A stretch of DNA of 63,313 bases, filler included, from Choristocarpus tenellus KU-1152 (Eukaryota; Protista; Phaeophyceae): the NCBI GenBank assembly GCA_964200185.2. It is 7 parts of 7 records of this genome, joined end to end, with 100 filler letters (N's around TTAATTAATTAA, not from the genome) between each part and the next. Parts side by side here need not be neighbours in the genome. Positions count along the whole stretch, not along the records: positions 23,099 to 47,755 come from CAXNAD020000205.1; positions 47,856 to 52,297 come from CAXNAD020014538.1; positions 52,398 to 60,498 come from CAXNAD020005149.1; 4 more parts are not named here. One strand, written 5' to 3'. The position numbers and the translations under genes are program-made. The notes under the pieces are model-generated. The model saw only the letters and a program-made list of their open reading frames with translations, searched no databases and was not told where the DNA came from. This document shows positions 41,200-53,030 of the stretch, piece by piece (positions within the stretch are counted from its first letter, which is position 1; each line of letters opens with the position of its first letter).

Positions 41200-42200
41200 T
41201 TACTACTTGTTTGTTATTACTATATTTTAAAGCAGAATCAAAATCCTATCCCAGTCTAAAACACTAGGACCCTATTGTTTCCCTGTGCACGCTACCACTT
41301 TCTGCACATATCTCCCATTCCCTCATTGGGGTCTTCCCTAGTCGTCCCACGTTCACCCCAGTTCTAAACTGTCCTACTTGTACTACTTCCAGATCTTCTG
41401 ACCTATCCAAACCAAAGATACCACAATTCTCTGAACGTCCACCACCCCCTTATCCACTGTTACATTTTCCCTTTTTTAATTTGAAGGAATATTATGTTTT
41501 ATAGCACGGGTAACACTATCGGTTACAGTTCTTAAGAAGACCCGTTCTACTTTATCCCCCCATGACATTATTAATGATTGTCCATTCTACTCCCACAGCG
41601 TCCACAACATTTTCTCATTTAGTTCTACCTCTGAAGTGGGGTATAAAATTTCGTGGATAGCTTGCAGTATAGATCTTGGCACGGCCTTTCAGCTCTTGTG
41701 CTGGGGGAAATTCTTGTGAGGGACATCCTCTGGGTGGGCTCAGATACAAATGTACTTGGCGAACCCATGGGCTAATCCGCACACTCCTACTGCACGTAAG
41801 TAGTCAATTTCCACCAAGCATGTTTGAATGAAGTGTTCATGTGCGATGTACACCAGACCTTCGATTCTATTAACCTCTAGTCCCGAGACGTTACATTGTA
41901 GAGAAAAGACTCCGACAAACGGCGTGCGCACATTAATTCAGAATTGTCCGTCCGCAACAACTATGACTGTGAGTTGTCGACATCGTGGAAGTAGAATTTT
42001 TTGGGTTGTATTCTTCTAGAGGGGATCAGATATGAACACCATGCACTCGACCTATCTGTGTTCTGCGTTACATGTGCCTACTACAAATGGCCAATATCAC
42101 CAGAGTGCTTCAAATTATCATACACCCTATACCCTCGCAGATTTCACGCTTCATTTGTATTACATTTTTGCTACATCTAGTTCTGACAGGTTAAGTTAGA
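41200..42200 (-). mobile_element. Highly degenerate LINE reverse-transcriptase remnant
   Basis: Weak ordered remnants VYDNL (cf. KAYDxV), VSGLEVNRIEGLVYIAH (cf. GV..I.GLLFADD), KYICI (cf. KYLGI) and QFRTG (cf. KFRSG). Confidence 0.3.
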
Positions 42201-42363
42201 ACGACAGTGGTATACAACATACATCATCTACTCTTCTTCACCATTGTTACATGGTGTTCCTATATTCATGATTCATCGGTTTTTCCTGTAAGTGTCAAGG
42301 TTATGGTAGTTTGGTGTTTCAATAATCACATTAGTACTAGAACTATGTATCACATGATTAATT

Positions 42364-44250
42364 TTGAAGTATGAGGTACAGAAGGAACTGATTGATGTTT
42401 TATTGAACTTCATAAATAATGAAAAACCTCTTCGAAGAAATTATAATTTGGAGATGCGCGCGTTGATCAACTCGCGAACCCTACCACTCTTCAAATATGC
42501 CCCAGATCTGATGATGAGCGCACCTTGGTCAACCACTGACTTACGAGTCGAAAGTGGTCGCCCTGAGGGGCTTCGGACCTGGGAAATGTTTGATTGAATA
42601 CTCGGAAGAGTTCAAATGTCTTTCTCAGCAGCACTCAAAGCGTTCCAAGATGAGTTCCGTGCTCAACAGCCACCTCAAGTGTCGAGTGCCGCAGAAGAGG
42701 TGTCCAGCTTTGCTGGTGAGAATATCGACAATCCCAGTGGCAAACTCGATCAAATCGGAAGTTATGAGTCCCAAAATGCAGAGCTTCTCGATGAACGTGG
42801 TGATAAGGGAAATACTAATCGCTTCGACAACACTGATCTTGGCCTCGAGGACGCTGCTGACACGACCGAAGATGTTCAAGTAGTAGCTCCCCCCCCTCGC
42901 CCTGCTGAGACCTTGATCGATTTGACCGATAGCTCCAGCTCTTCAGTTCTTCTCAACCAGAGCTCAATCCGGGGAGTGAGGGGACGGGGGCGGGGGCGGG
43001 GGCGGGGACGGGGACGGGGAAGGGGAAGGGGACGGGGGCATGGGGCTGCCGTTTCGACTATTCCGTCTGATCGAATGCCGTCAAAAGGCACTCCTAGTAG
43101 TAGCAGCTCTGACGAAGACAGTGAAAGTGAGGAAGACAATACCACAGGAGGCAAAAGGTTGCATACGGCTGATCTGTCCATCCCCATGTTCAGATCCAAG
43201 CGATCCAGGCTGAACTCTTTCGACTCACAACGAATAGGAGAGACCTCCTCCAAGGATCGTTCTGACTCCCTGGGGTCCCAAGGTGCAGGGCAGTCAAATA
43301 TTTCCACGAAGCCAACGTTTAAACCCACCGCAGGTATGTGAACATATGGTGACAACAATCCGTCCCTTGGTCCTTCTGACACGGGATGCATCAAGTGATA
43401 GTTCTCTCCTGGAAATAGACACACCTTGGTGGACATGGGTGGATACTGTAGAGCTGGAATCAACACGAGAAAGTAGAGCAACGAATACCAGCATTTTTGT
43501 TTGTCAAAGTCAGGGACAGTGCTTCACCTATGCCTTCCATGTCCTCCGCATGCACTTCCTCGTGTGGTGTCAACACTGCAGGTCCCTGAACCTTGATGAC
43601 ATCGTTGCCTCGTTGTTACCAAACACAGACATATTCTGGCACCTCATCGTTTGTCGTTTGTTCGTTTTTCCATTTTTTTTGTCGTTTAGCTTCGAAAGTC
43701 AACCAAAGACCAAGAGCTATCAACAGTGGGAGGGCAATCGGGACAAGGCAAACTTCGGGGCCTGGGGCAGGAGGTGGAATACGAACAGGAACAGCAGGGG
43801 ACAGGCCGAAGGACAGGTCGAAGGACAGGCCACTCTCTGGTGGACAGCGCGTTCCGTTGCTTGGCCCCTCTGTGCACAAGTCATCGCTAGACATCGGTGC
43901 ATCAGTGAGGCCACCCAAGAGGTGCGAGCCACACCCTTCCATCTCTGGTCTGTTTGATGACGAGAGACTGGCAAGAGGAAGAGATTTATGTTTGAAGCAA
44001 TTTTATGAATGGTCCTTGGACGCTTGCAATATAGGGGATAGTGCAACAGAGTTATGCAAAGGTTTTGTAGTCTCTCTAGACAGAACACCAATGATGACTT
44101 GCGATCAATGGCACATCATATCATGCCTAGGTTGACTATATGGATCGAGAAGGACTGTCAAGATAGTTGATATTTTTCCTGCCAATATCGCTCTCTGAAA
44201 GAATTGCTCACCATATTGTGTCATGAGCTGATTAAGTATTGCTTAATACA
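42364..44250 (+). pseudogene. Spliced ORF with RG repeat, Ser/acidic tract and decayed PHD-finger-like C-terminus; possibly transposon-borne
   Basis: ORFs 42364-42597 and 42616-43341 are in one frame, separated by a single TGA at 42595. Donor GCAG|GTATGT at 43333 joins in phase to acceptor TTTAG|CT at 43690. Exon 2 ends ELCKG...PMMTCDQWHIISCLG, and a shifted frame continues YFSCQY. Confidence 0.5.
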
Positions 44251-44330
44251 ATGAAAACAAGGGCGGTAAACGTCTTTTCAGTATCAGTCTATTTGACATA
44301 CCTACTCGGGGACTACTGCGGTGATGACCC

Positions 44331-44398
44331 AAGGAATATTTTTGTTAAAGGAATATTTTTGTTAAAGGAATATTTTTGTGAAAGGAATATTTTTGTTA
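44331..44398. repeat. Tandem 17-bp repeat (AAAGGAATATTTTTGTT)x4
   Basis: Head-to-tail units. Confidence 0.88.
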
Positions 44399-46143
44399 GT
44401 GCCCTGACCTCTGACTTTGCCAAGATATTGAGATGCTGCTACACCACCAAGGCTGTAGTCCCATGTGAGACCTCTGGCTCATGTCATAAGGTTATATCTC
44501 AATATCTTGATGGACCTGTCTGGTACTTAAGGTGGAAGCAACAACAACCTATTGCTGTAGGTGGTACGATGTCCTACTTGACCCAGTGGCATCTTCACAA
44601 CAATCACCTGCTGGACCTTTGTTATTTTAGGAGGAAGGATATATGCCAGGGTTAACATAAATTTTAAGCACTCTTGCTGACAATTCTTTTCCGAACTTCC
44701 TACCAGTAGGGGACACCCTTTGACGAGCGTCTTGTAGGATAGTGCAATTCCAAAGTAGATGAAAGAATAGTTGTTCAGGACTTGCTGTAACAAGCACCAT
44801 CTACCAAGGTCCCCTTGGCTCAAGTGTGAAAATTGATATGTTGCACATTAGCAGGTGTCTTTTGCAGAAAAGCTGAACTAGTACCTAACTACTATATGTT
44901 AGCCCTGCGCACTTAACAGAGCTGCTGCACCAAATGTGACTTGGTTCAACCTAAACCTCTTGTGCTGCCCCTGATAATGTCCTGAACTTTGCTGCAGAGA
45001 TGTCATCCGTGTTTTGCAAGTACATGCATAGCTAAGAATCCCAGGCATTATTGTTTCGGAGTGGTCCAACAGTGACTACCTCACCATACCTCCCTATAGC
45101 CTCATTCCAATACCAATGCCCCACAGACCAACCAGGCCTAAGCATGCTTCTAAGGGAGGAGGGTTGAAGCTGTGGCCCAGCCTGACTCGCTTTTACAGGG
45201 CGGTTTTGCGTTGGGTGTATATACCTGACCAAAGGAGTCTCCATGAGGACACCCAATCCCGTCAAAGGATGGTAATGCCACCCATCGTTTGTGAAAACCT
45301 GTTGGGAATGGTTGTCAGATATTTCATGTTTTCAGCTATGAACGACTGCAGTCACTACCCCGGAGTTGCACGTTGTGCTGTTGGCTTTCTGATTGTAAAA
45401 GTCCCATTTCTTGTGGTGGTGTGAATCATATTGATTTATAGTTCGGCTGAAGAGTTTTAGAGTTTTGAATTGAAATACCTTGAATAAAGAAAAAATGTTT
45501 TCGAAACATGGCCTACATTGAAGTATGTAATGTATTAGAGCATTAAGGGTGTTTCTGCATTGGGAAGTGATGGCTTTGTTGCAGTGGCTGTTCACATAGG
45601 CTTGTCTTAAACAAAATGGCATGGCATTTTAACATATTCGTTTGAAATCAGAGGATTGCACAACCTAAGGGGTTGGCTGGGTTGTAGCAACAGAAATGGA
45701 GTATGAGGTGAGCTACGTCATGCTTTCATCCACTTGACTCCTGAAGCCTTGAAATTACTGCTTAAAATATATCATAGGCATTTGAACAGACTAATGTAGA
45801 GGGAAGGATAGGGTGGAATAATGTTCAACTTAGGGAGTTGTCGGCTTGAGTTTGTTTTCAAGTAGGAGGAATTTTTGCAAACCGAACGAAAGTGCAACAA
45901 TAACCCCTTCCTAATGTTACTAAACCCCACCAACAAATACTAAAGCGTGCAAAATATTCTCGTCGCGAACAAAAAGTGCCCGCGTGTGTTCTGCGCGTTT
46001 GTTTTTTTTTACTGTAAATTTCTTTGTGGTGCTCAGCATTTTTCTGCTTGTGGCTTCTCTTGCCGCCGCACACGCTTTGATATGTAGTTGAGTTGATTGT
46101 ATCATTTTGAGCTGATTAGTGCAATGCAGATCAGAGTTTTTAG

Positions 46144-47755
46144 ATTATCATCAACCGCCGGTTCTTGTATACTGTGTGGCGTGATGCCATGCCTCTGACC
46201 CTTCCTGCATGGAGCTGGTCTGGGAGACAGGTTTTGTCCCTCCAGTGTGGTGTGCCCCCTGATGTAGCTCTGGCCTTGTTCTTTTTTCTGTTTATTTGTG
46301 TCCCAAGCCCTAACCCCTGGACACGTGGTCTTGATGTTGTTGTTGAGGTTCAATGGGAAGGGCTGAATTGGAGCCTTCTCACTTGTTGTCTTAGTGGTGA
46401 GGTCTTGTTATCACACAAAGAGGTTTTGGGAACGATTATCTGGCATGGGAAAGGTATACCCTCTTTCGCCAGAAGTTGTGACACACACAGATGCAGACAC
46501 AGACACACATGCACACACATGCATACATTTTTTTTTTCTTGTCTTCTTATGAAAGTCGTTTATGTGTATGTTTTATTTTGTTTTGTTTCAGGAAAAGCTG
46601 GTGTCTGTACCTGTCCAGTTCGACAGTGTACTTCAGTACCAGAAGGTACTATGTAGGCTTGTACTCAAGGAGTGTCTTTCAAACCTTCAGCAAGAAGTTA
46701 AACAGGGGGAAAAGAACGCAGCAGTTCATCTGTCTGGAGAGGTATGGGCACACCGCCTCAAGCTTTGGGTGGAACTCCCTTGACCCTTTTTCCTCCAATG
46801 TGTAGCGTCACTAGGCATTTTCAGGAAGGCGGTATTAATCACACAATTTTTCTGTTCTTAAAAATAAATAAATTCCATAGTGGGAAGTAATAGACCACTA
46901 TAATAGACAACTGTAATAGCCCACTGTACTTATTGCTTTTCTGTCTATTGTGACCACAGGGCAGGGTAGCTCATTGCAATTGTCACCTATCTGACAAGTG
47001 TGGTGTGAGTTGATGTGATTGTGAACTTACCTACTTGATGGTGCAGAGTCATTGTACAGTTGAACTTGAATAGGGAACTTGGACCTGAAGGAATCAATTT
47101 TTACCTTTTTTTTTTTACTGTATGGTACAGTAAATGTCACTACCTTTTACATATTTTTCTGAACTTCTAAGAGAGAACCATCGACACCCCCTGCCCCTCC
47201 ACCCCCAATGGGCCCTGAAAGGTTTGCCTTGCCTGTTCTTTAGAGCAGGCGACCAATGATGGTGTTGCCGCTGGTCCTCCAAAGGATGAAAAGCTTTATT
47301 CTCTAGCAGTTCGTCTACACATCCCATCTGTTGAGGAAGGGGGATGTGGTACCTCCTGCAGCAAGGGTAAATCGAAACCAAGTGGTACAGATAAAGGCCA
47401 TGGCCATGGAGGAGGAGGAGGAGGAGGAGGAGGAGGAGGAGGCAAAGGCCGTGGACCTGGCCGTGGATCTGGGACGGGGGATGAACTGGTGCCATTCAGT
47501 GGCGGGGACCTGGTGGCACTGATTTGCCCAGGGAGCAAGAAGGAAGAGGTAGCACCACTGGGTGTGGTACAAAGCTGGGACCCTATCTTTGATCGAGTAC
47601 TGCCACGTGGTACTGGGTACAGTACCTCAAGCAGTGCTGTCTATGGAGGTGTTAGTGGAGGTGTTAGTGGAGGTGGGGGATCAGGATCTGACCAAGGGGG
47701 TGTCATGATCCGGGTATTGGTGTGTTCGCACTCTAGTGGGGGGGATGGGTGTGGG
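46144..47755 (+). CDS. Sen1/senataxin-like (UPF1-type SF1) helicase, fragment upstream of the helicase core; cut by contig end
   Basis: Exons ~46144-46230, 46592-46741 (EKLVSVPVQFDSVLQYQKVLCRLVLKECLSNL, cf. VPxxFxSxxxYxxxFxPLLLEEC) and 47249-47755 (Gly-rich, FSGGDLVALI, cf. FxExDLVLLS). No P-loop lies in the window. Confidence 0.55.
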
Positions 47756-47855
47756 NNNNNNNNNNNNNNNNNNNNNNNNNNNNNNNNNNNNNNNNNNNNT
47801 TAATTAATTAANNNNNNNNNNNNNNNNNNNNNNNNNNNNNNNNNNNNNNNNNNNN

Positions 47856-47900
47856 GTCCCCCAAATGGACGCGACTCTACCCTCTAAGATACTTTGGCTC
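47856..47900 (+). mobile_element. MITE family B right end at contig start
   Basis: CCCCAAATGGACGCGACTCTACCCTCTAAGATACTTTGGCTC. Confidence 0.8.
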
Positions 47901-48606
47901 TCTAGGATCCAAGCACTGAGCTTCTCAACTATATCAGTACACAATAGTGCAACTTCTTTCCTCATCTTAATACTGAGATTTCAAGTGGAAAAGCTGTTGC
48001 CATGCGCCCTCACTTAATACTGGGTATGGTGGGACTGTGATGGTGCCGGTATTGATCTGGTTTGATTCTCATATCGCACATCCTATCTTCCTCAATCATT
48101 GCAGTGTCCCATTTTCCCCTTTACTTTTTTTTTCTTGTGATCCTAGTCTTGTCATCAAGTCCATTGATGTGTTTTCATCATGCTTACCTGGCCTTCTTTA
48201 CATCGTTATTGATCACTCTCCACAATCTCATGTCCTATCAATGTTCGACACTACATACAGAAGTATAAGAGTGCACATTTGGTATAATCTTCAGTTGGCA
48301 TGAGATTGCTGGACCTCCCTTCAACACATGAAGGTCTGGCGATGATGGCGGTTTGAAATTACCAAGCCGACAATTCCTCTAAATTTATGAGGTCTTTTGC
48401 TTGAGTAGCTGATTCATAATTTTGGGTATCGCTTTTTTCACTCTTCTTCAATGGTCAATTACAACAGTCAGTTACAATTGGTCAGTTACACCTGATAGCA
48501 TACTTTACCTTCAGTGCTAATCTGAAGATTGCTTGGGTGCCTGCAATGTAAAACCTTTGTCGCAGTTGTATTCTTGGGAAAAAAGGCTATACTGCTCAAC
48601 ACACAC

Positions 48607-51600
48607 CTGCACACCAGCACATCATTGCCAAATATATCGGGTACGAACAGCTCCGCCTTCCGTGATTGTGTTTGTTGCGAATGCTCCCTCACTCGTTTCA
48701 TCCACCTCTGGCCTGCGTTCACCAAGTGAGCAGACTCCCGATTGTTCCCCAGAATGCTACGGCTGAGGAAATCAAGATGCCTTTGAAAACATAATTTGAC
48801 TCTATGAAAGAAGGTCCAGGCCTTGAAGTTCTTTGTGTACAAACATTTGAGGAGTTATTTGAAGTACACCTCTTTTTCCTTTCAGACTAGAGTATGAGGA
48901 GGGGCTTGGCATATATAATAGAATGCTTTAGGTGAAGCAAGCCACAAAAAAAAGAACGGTTGGTTGTGGAAATTTCAGGATGAAATCATTGTGCAAACTC
49001 TGAAGCAAGTTTTGTAATACGCTGCCTTGTGTGTTTGACTACAGAGGTGTCATGGTCTTACAGAGCCACAGAGTGAATGGTAGCATTCCTGTTTGGTGAA
49101 GACTATGAAAAATAAGAAAAAAAATAGAGTCCTACACACCTCTCCTTTGGTAGGACAATGGGAATAGGATCCAGGGTGGCCAGCACACGAATGTATGTTG
49201 ACCTGTTTAATAAGGAAACGATGTGAATAAGTGGTTGAGAGTATAACACGGTTTCAAGAAAAGAGGACATGTTCCATTGCACGACAGGTACATGAATCCC
49301 ACCTACTCCTCTGTCTCTCAGTTACGCATCACCTTACTCCTGAACTGAGGCATGGCTTGAAGTACAAAACACGCAAAATAGGTAGCAACAAATGTGGAGC
49401 AGCTTGCCATTAAGCCATCTAGATCCCTCTAATGGGACATTACACCAATAATTCTCCCCCACCTTGCCTGAGTCATATCCAGATTCAACATGGTGAATTG
49501 TCCAAAAACTGTAACGGTTTGAGCGAAACACTGTCGTTAGCAGCAACATGGATCAACATGGATCGGTGAGCAGAAACAACTGCATCCGCTCAACCATTGA
49601 TGGGCATGGTAGTGGGTTGGGGCTGACGTACAGTCTGGCTGCCTGACAGTCTGGCTATCTGTCACATAGGATGTACATGTTACTGTGACCTACCTGTGTA
49701 AGAATTTCTTCAGTTTTGGACGGTTTTACATCTCCAGTTAATACAAAGAAGGCACTACAAGCGGCCATCACCAAAGAAAACAGAAACGTTATGACTGGGT
49801 GGGTGCTCTCCTGCATGAGTTGGGGAAAGAGGGTGCAGCAAAGAGGGGAAAACAGTACATCTTACCTTTCTGATCTCTGGAAAAGGGCAGACTGAGATGC
49901 GGCAGGGTCCCAAACTTCCTCAACTAGTGTACCTGCTGCTCCAGTACCACTGCCAGCTGCACCTCCCCCACTCCCATCATCAGCAATAATTGAATCTCCT
50001 GAGGGGCAAAGCATTTGCATTCGGCTCAAAGTATCTGGGCGCGGGGAGGGGGGGTCTACACCAGGGTATCCATTTGGGCCCTGATCAAAAGAAGTGTACT
50101 TACATTTATCCATCCAACACATGCAACAAAATCACCCAAAAATTACGACATGGAAAAATGGGCCCCAAATGGACAGCCGCCACCTCCCCCCGCCCCAGAT
50201 ACTTTGAGTCATTTGGGTTGGACAGTATCAACAGCAACTTATTCCTTTGCCCAAATAGTGTAATGTTGGAACTTCTGATCTCGGCATCTTATTCAGGTAT
50301 GCAAACCACTAAAATTAATGTTGACTGTCAATACTTCAAACTTTGTAATGATCCAACCTATTGCTATTGCTCAAATCACGTTTCTCTTGGACACATCGTC
50401 CTGCAGATTTTCCTCCTTCTGAACAGTTGTTTCTTTTGACTTGCCACTCCTAAGAACTTTCCTTATTTACTAGATACAATTCATGAGCTTCCCATCAGGC
50501 AACAAGTACACGCTATAGCATAAACACATATACATTCAGTTAGATCGCTTGTGTTGTTCTTGACTTGAAATTTGTGAAAGATAAAGAGATTCAAACTGCT
50601 AACACATGCCACATCGATTACTACCTTCTTTGTTTATTTCTGCTCTGTGTGTGAGATACAGCATCTTGGCATAGGTGTGACGAGTGAAAGTATCTTAGGG
50701 TTAGGGTACGAGTTTTGCCCTGTTTGCCCATTTTGGGCTTGGGTTCCCATGGGTTTTTTATGACATTTTCCTACTCCAAAATGTTTAGGAGCAGGTAAAT
50801 GTGTATGTTATGAAAAGGTGTGTCCGAAACATAGATATTGACACTTCCTAACACACACGATAGCCAAAATTATATCAAAAATCGCAACATTGGATTTTGA
50901 CCCCCAAATGGACGCAGCTCTACCCTCTAAAACAATTTGACGCTGACTCTATTTTGGTTTGACTGAAGAGTAGAGGTCAAGAGTAGTGGTTAGAGTTCAT
51001 GTTGTAGTTTTGCTCTCAATACTTCCTACAGGACATTGTTGTTGTTTCATGATACTCCAACAAGGTAAAACTGGGAAAACTCTGAAGGCAAGATTGTCCC
51101 TGAGAGTGCATGCACGACTTCTGTGATTTTTTACTTCACATATTTTCCCTAGGGTAATCCAGTCCAGTCCCTTACCGCCTTGTAGGCCATCTGTTTGCAC
51201 GGCTCCTCCAGTAGAGAGACCAGATGACTGCTCATAGCCAATGTTGACTGGTGGTGTTGTCAACCGGAAGAAACTATCTATCCTTCCCTCCTGGTAGATG
51301 GTCTGCAAATGCAAAGTACAAGGTGGAGCATGTGGTGCATCAGAGTCTGAGTCAAGAAAATTCAATGTGCTCTGAACAACAAGAGCCCTTCAATGTCAGT
51401 AATATGCACGGGAAATTTCCAACAACCATGTTGACCTTGTGTATATATTTGGGTCTTGTCATAGCAAAGCATGTGAAGACACTTACAACACAACAGAACC
51501 TTTTGCGCCGCCTAAAGTGCATATCCACAGTGGTAACCTGGAAGGGGATGTTGACAGACCCAAGGAAGTGTTTTTCCCTCCTTATGGTGTTTTCATCTTC

Positions 51601-52142
51601 AAGGTAACCACCCATCTCTCGATCATCGTGATCCACCTCATCAAACATGGATATTCTGACAACATCCTGCACCTGTGATTGAAGACCGTCGTGTTAGCAC
51701 GCTGAAGGTCTGAGTGGAAGAGAACGTGGAGTTAGTGGCACTTTGCTGGAGCGGGAAGGGACCTTTTGACGAGGGGGAGAGATTATGAATGCCTTGTTGA
51801 TTGGTGAATTGGTATGGGTTCCCAAGTATTGCAAGGATTGCCAGAGGTTTTCCTTCATTTTCTCAAATTTAAGGGATATTTTGTGGAATGTCATGGGGAA
51901 ATAATGTGTCTAGTATTATCTAGGCTGTATTTTACGTAATTTGATATGGCGTACATTTGGACAGTGACCATGAAGCAATTCTGTCTAGTGGAGAACCATC
52001 CAGCTAAATTACTAATGTCAAGTTATAACACCTCACCTGTGCAAGAGTTGCCGGGGAAAAATCTCCATTAGGAGGTGTGAAGGGGAGGCCCACACTTTCC
52101 TTCCAGAATGGAGCCAGTCCATCGCATGTGCTGGTTCTCTTT
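48607..52142 (-). CDS. CC2D2A: Coiled-coil and C2 domain-containing protein 2A (MKS6, ciliary transition zone), internal 6 exons
   Basis: Phase-consistent exons 52142-52037 (RTSTCDGLAPFWKESVGLPFTPPNGDFSPATL), 51672-51538 (DVVRISMFDEV...REKHFLGSVNIPF), 51302-51176 (TIYQEGRIDSFFRLTTPPVNIGY), 49998-49866, 49202-49140 (TYIRVLATLDP) and 48762-48607 (FVPDIFGNDVLVCR). This matches the C2 domain and following region of CC2D2A. Confidence 0.85.
50023..50210 (+). mobile_element. MITE family A, full copy in a CC2D2A intron
   Basis: GGCTCAAAGTATCTGGG ... CCCAGATACTTTGAGTC, flanks ATTC/ATTT. Confidence 0.87.
50682..50943 (+). mobile_element. MITE family B with a telomeric-repeat insertion in its TIR
   Basis: GAGTGAAAGTATC-TTAG-GGTT-AGGGTACG ... 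TACCCTCTAAAACAATTTGACGC, flanks TGAC/TGAC. Confidence 0.87.
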
Positions 52143-52239
52143 CTACAGGTGAAAAGTGTGAGAGGATGTGTCAGGGATCCAAGTTTGGAAGAAAGTCCTG
52201 TAGAAACTTGAGATAGACACCTTCTTCGGGTGTGGCAGA

Positions 52240-52297
52240 GACTCAAAGTATCTGGGGGGGTAGGGGGGGGTCTACACCAGGGTGTCCATTCGGACCC
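52240..52297 (+). mobile_element. MITE family A left end at contig end
   Basis: GACTCAAAGTATCTGGGGGGGTAGGGGGGGGTCTACACCAGGGTGTCCATT. Confidence 0.82.
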
Positions 52298-52397
52298 NNN
52301 NNNNNNNNNNNNNNNNNNNNNNNNNNNNNNNNNNNNNNNNNTTAATTAATTAANNNNNNNNNNNNNNNNNNNNNNNNNNNNNNNNNNNNNNNNNNNN

Positions 52398-53030
52398 CCT
52401 GTAGGGAGCTCTTCTGGCGTCCGCTAGTGCCCCTGCATGGAACACCAGGTCGATGCGGAGATTCCTGTCCACTGTGAAAGGGCTACGATCCTCCGTAGTG
52501 TAAGGGATGCCCATCCTCTTGCATAGTTGATGCAGGCGTTTAACCATTGGAGTGTGCTGTCGTACCTGTCCCCCTGCCCTGGGGCAGGTGCGGGCATGTC
52601 TGGTATCGACATGTTGCCTCCTACACCCTACCACTGGGCACCTGTTTGATATGGCCTCCTCCCTCCCTAGGGATATGCTGATTGTGAGCTTGAATTCCAG
52701 AGGGGGGATCTGGCATGCTGGTTCCAGAGGTTGAGTCGAGGCCCAGGTGTTTGCCCCTTGTCCACACTGGCTCCAGTGGCGCGCTAGGGCTAATGAAGAG
52801 CTTTCCCTCCCTTGGTGTGCCTCTTTCGGAAGGTCGGCCAGTTGTGTCCTGAAGGAGTCAAAACGGATCTTGTTGAGAAGGTGTGTGATCTCGTGTTGAG
52901 CCCTCCTCGTGATCCTGGCGTCATGAGCTGGTAGGATGTGGACTTCTGGGGCAGGTGCAGGGGGTGCTGTTCCCCCCCAGATTACCCAGTCTTGGCCAAT
53001 AATTTCAGCAAGGATTTCTGAGGGGACCCC
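52398..53030 (-). mobile_element. Non-LTR retrotransposon of the restriction-like endonuclease class (CRE/R2-like): Zn-knuckle and start of the RLE domain
   Basis: RCPVVGC...HARTCPRAGGQVRQHTPMV...EDRSPFTVDRNLRIDLVF fits the CCHC knuckle, RH-like motif and RxD motif of RLE elements. Confidence 0.7.

Noticed and set aside
42876-43481. Long antisense ORFs (e.g. 42876-43481, 35072-35569, 1061-1582, 60705-61154)
   Set aside because: These are shadow or alternative frames of real or decayed exons and low-complexity sequence.
23274-52142. Functional cluster of C2-domain genes (C2CD5 and CC2D2A)
   Set aside because: They are separated by a contig spacer, so linkage is not established.
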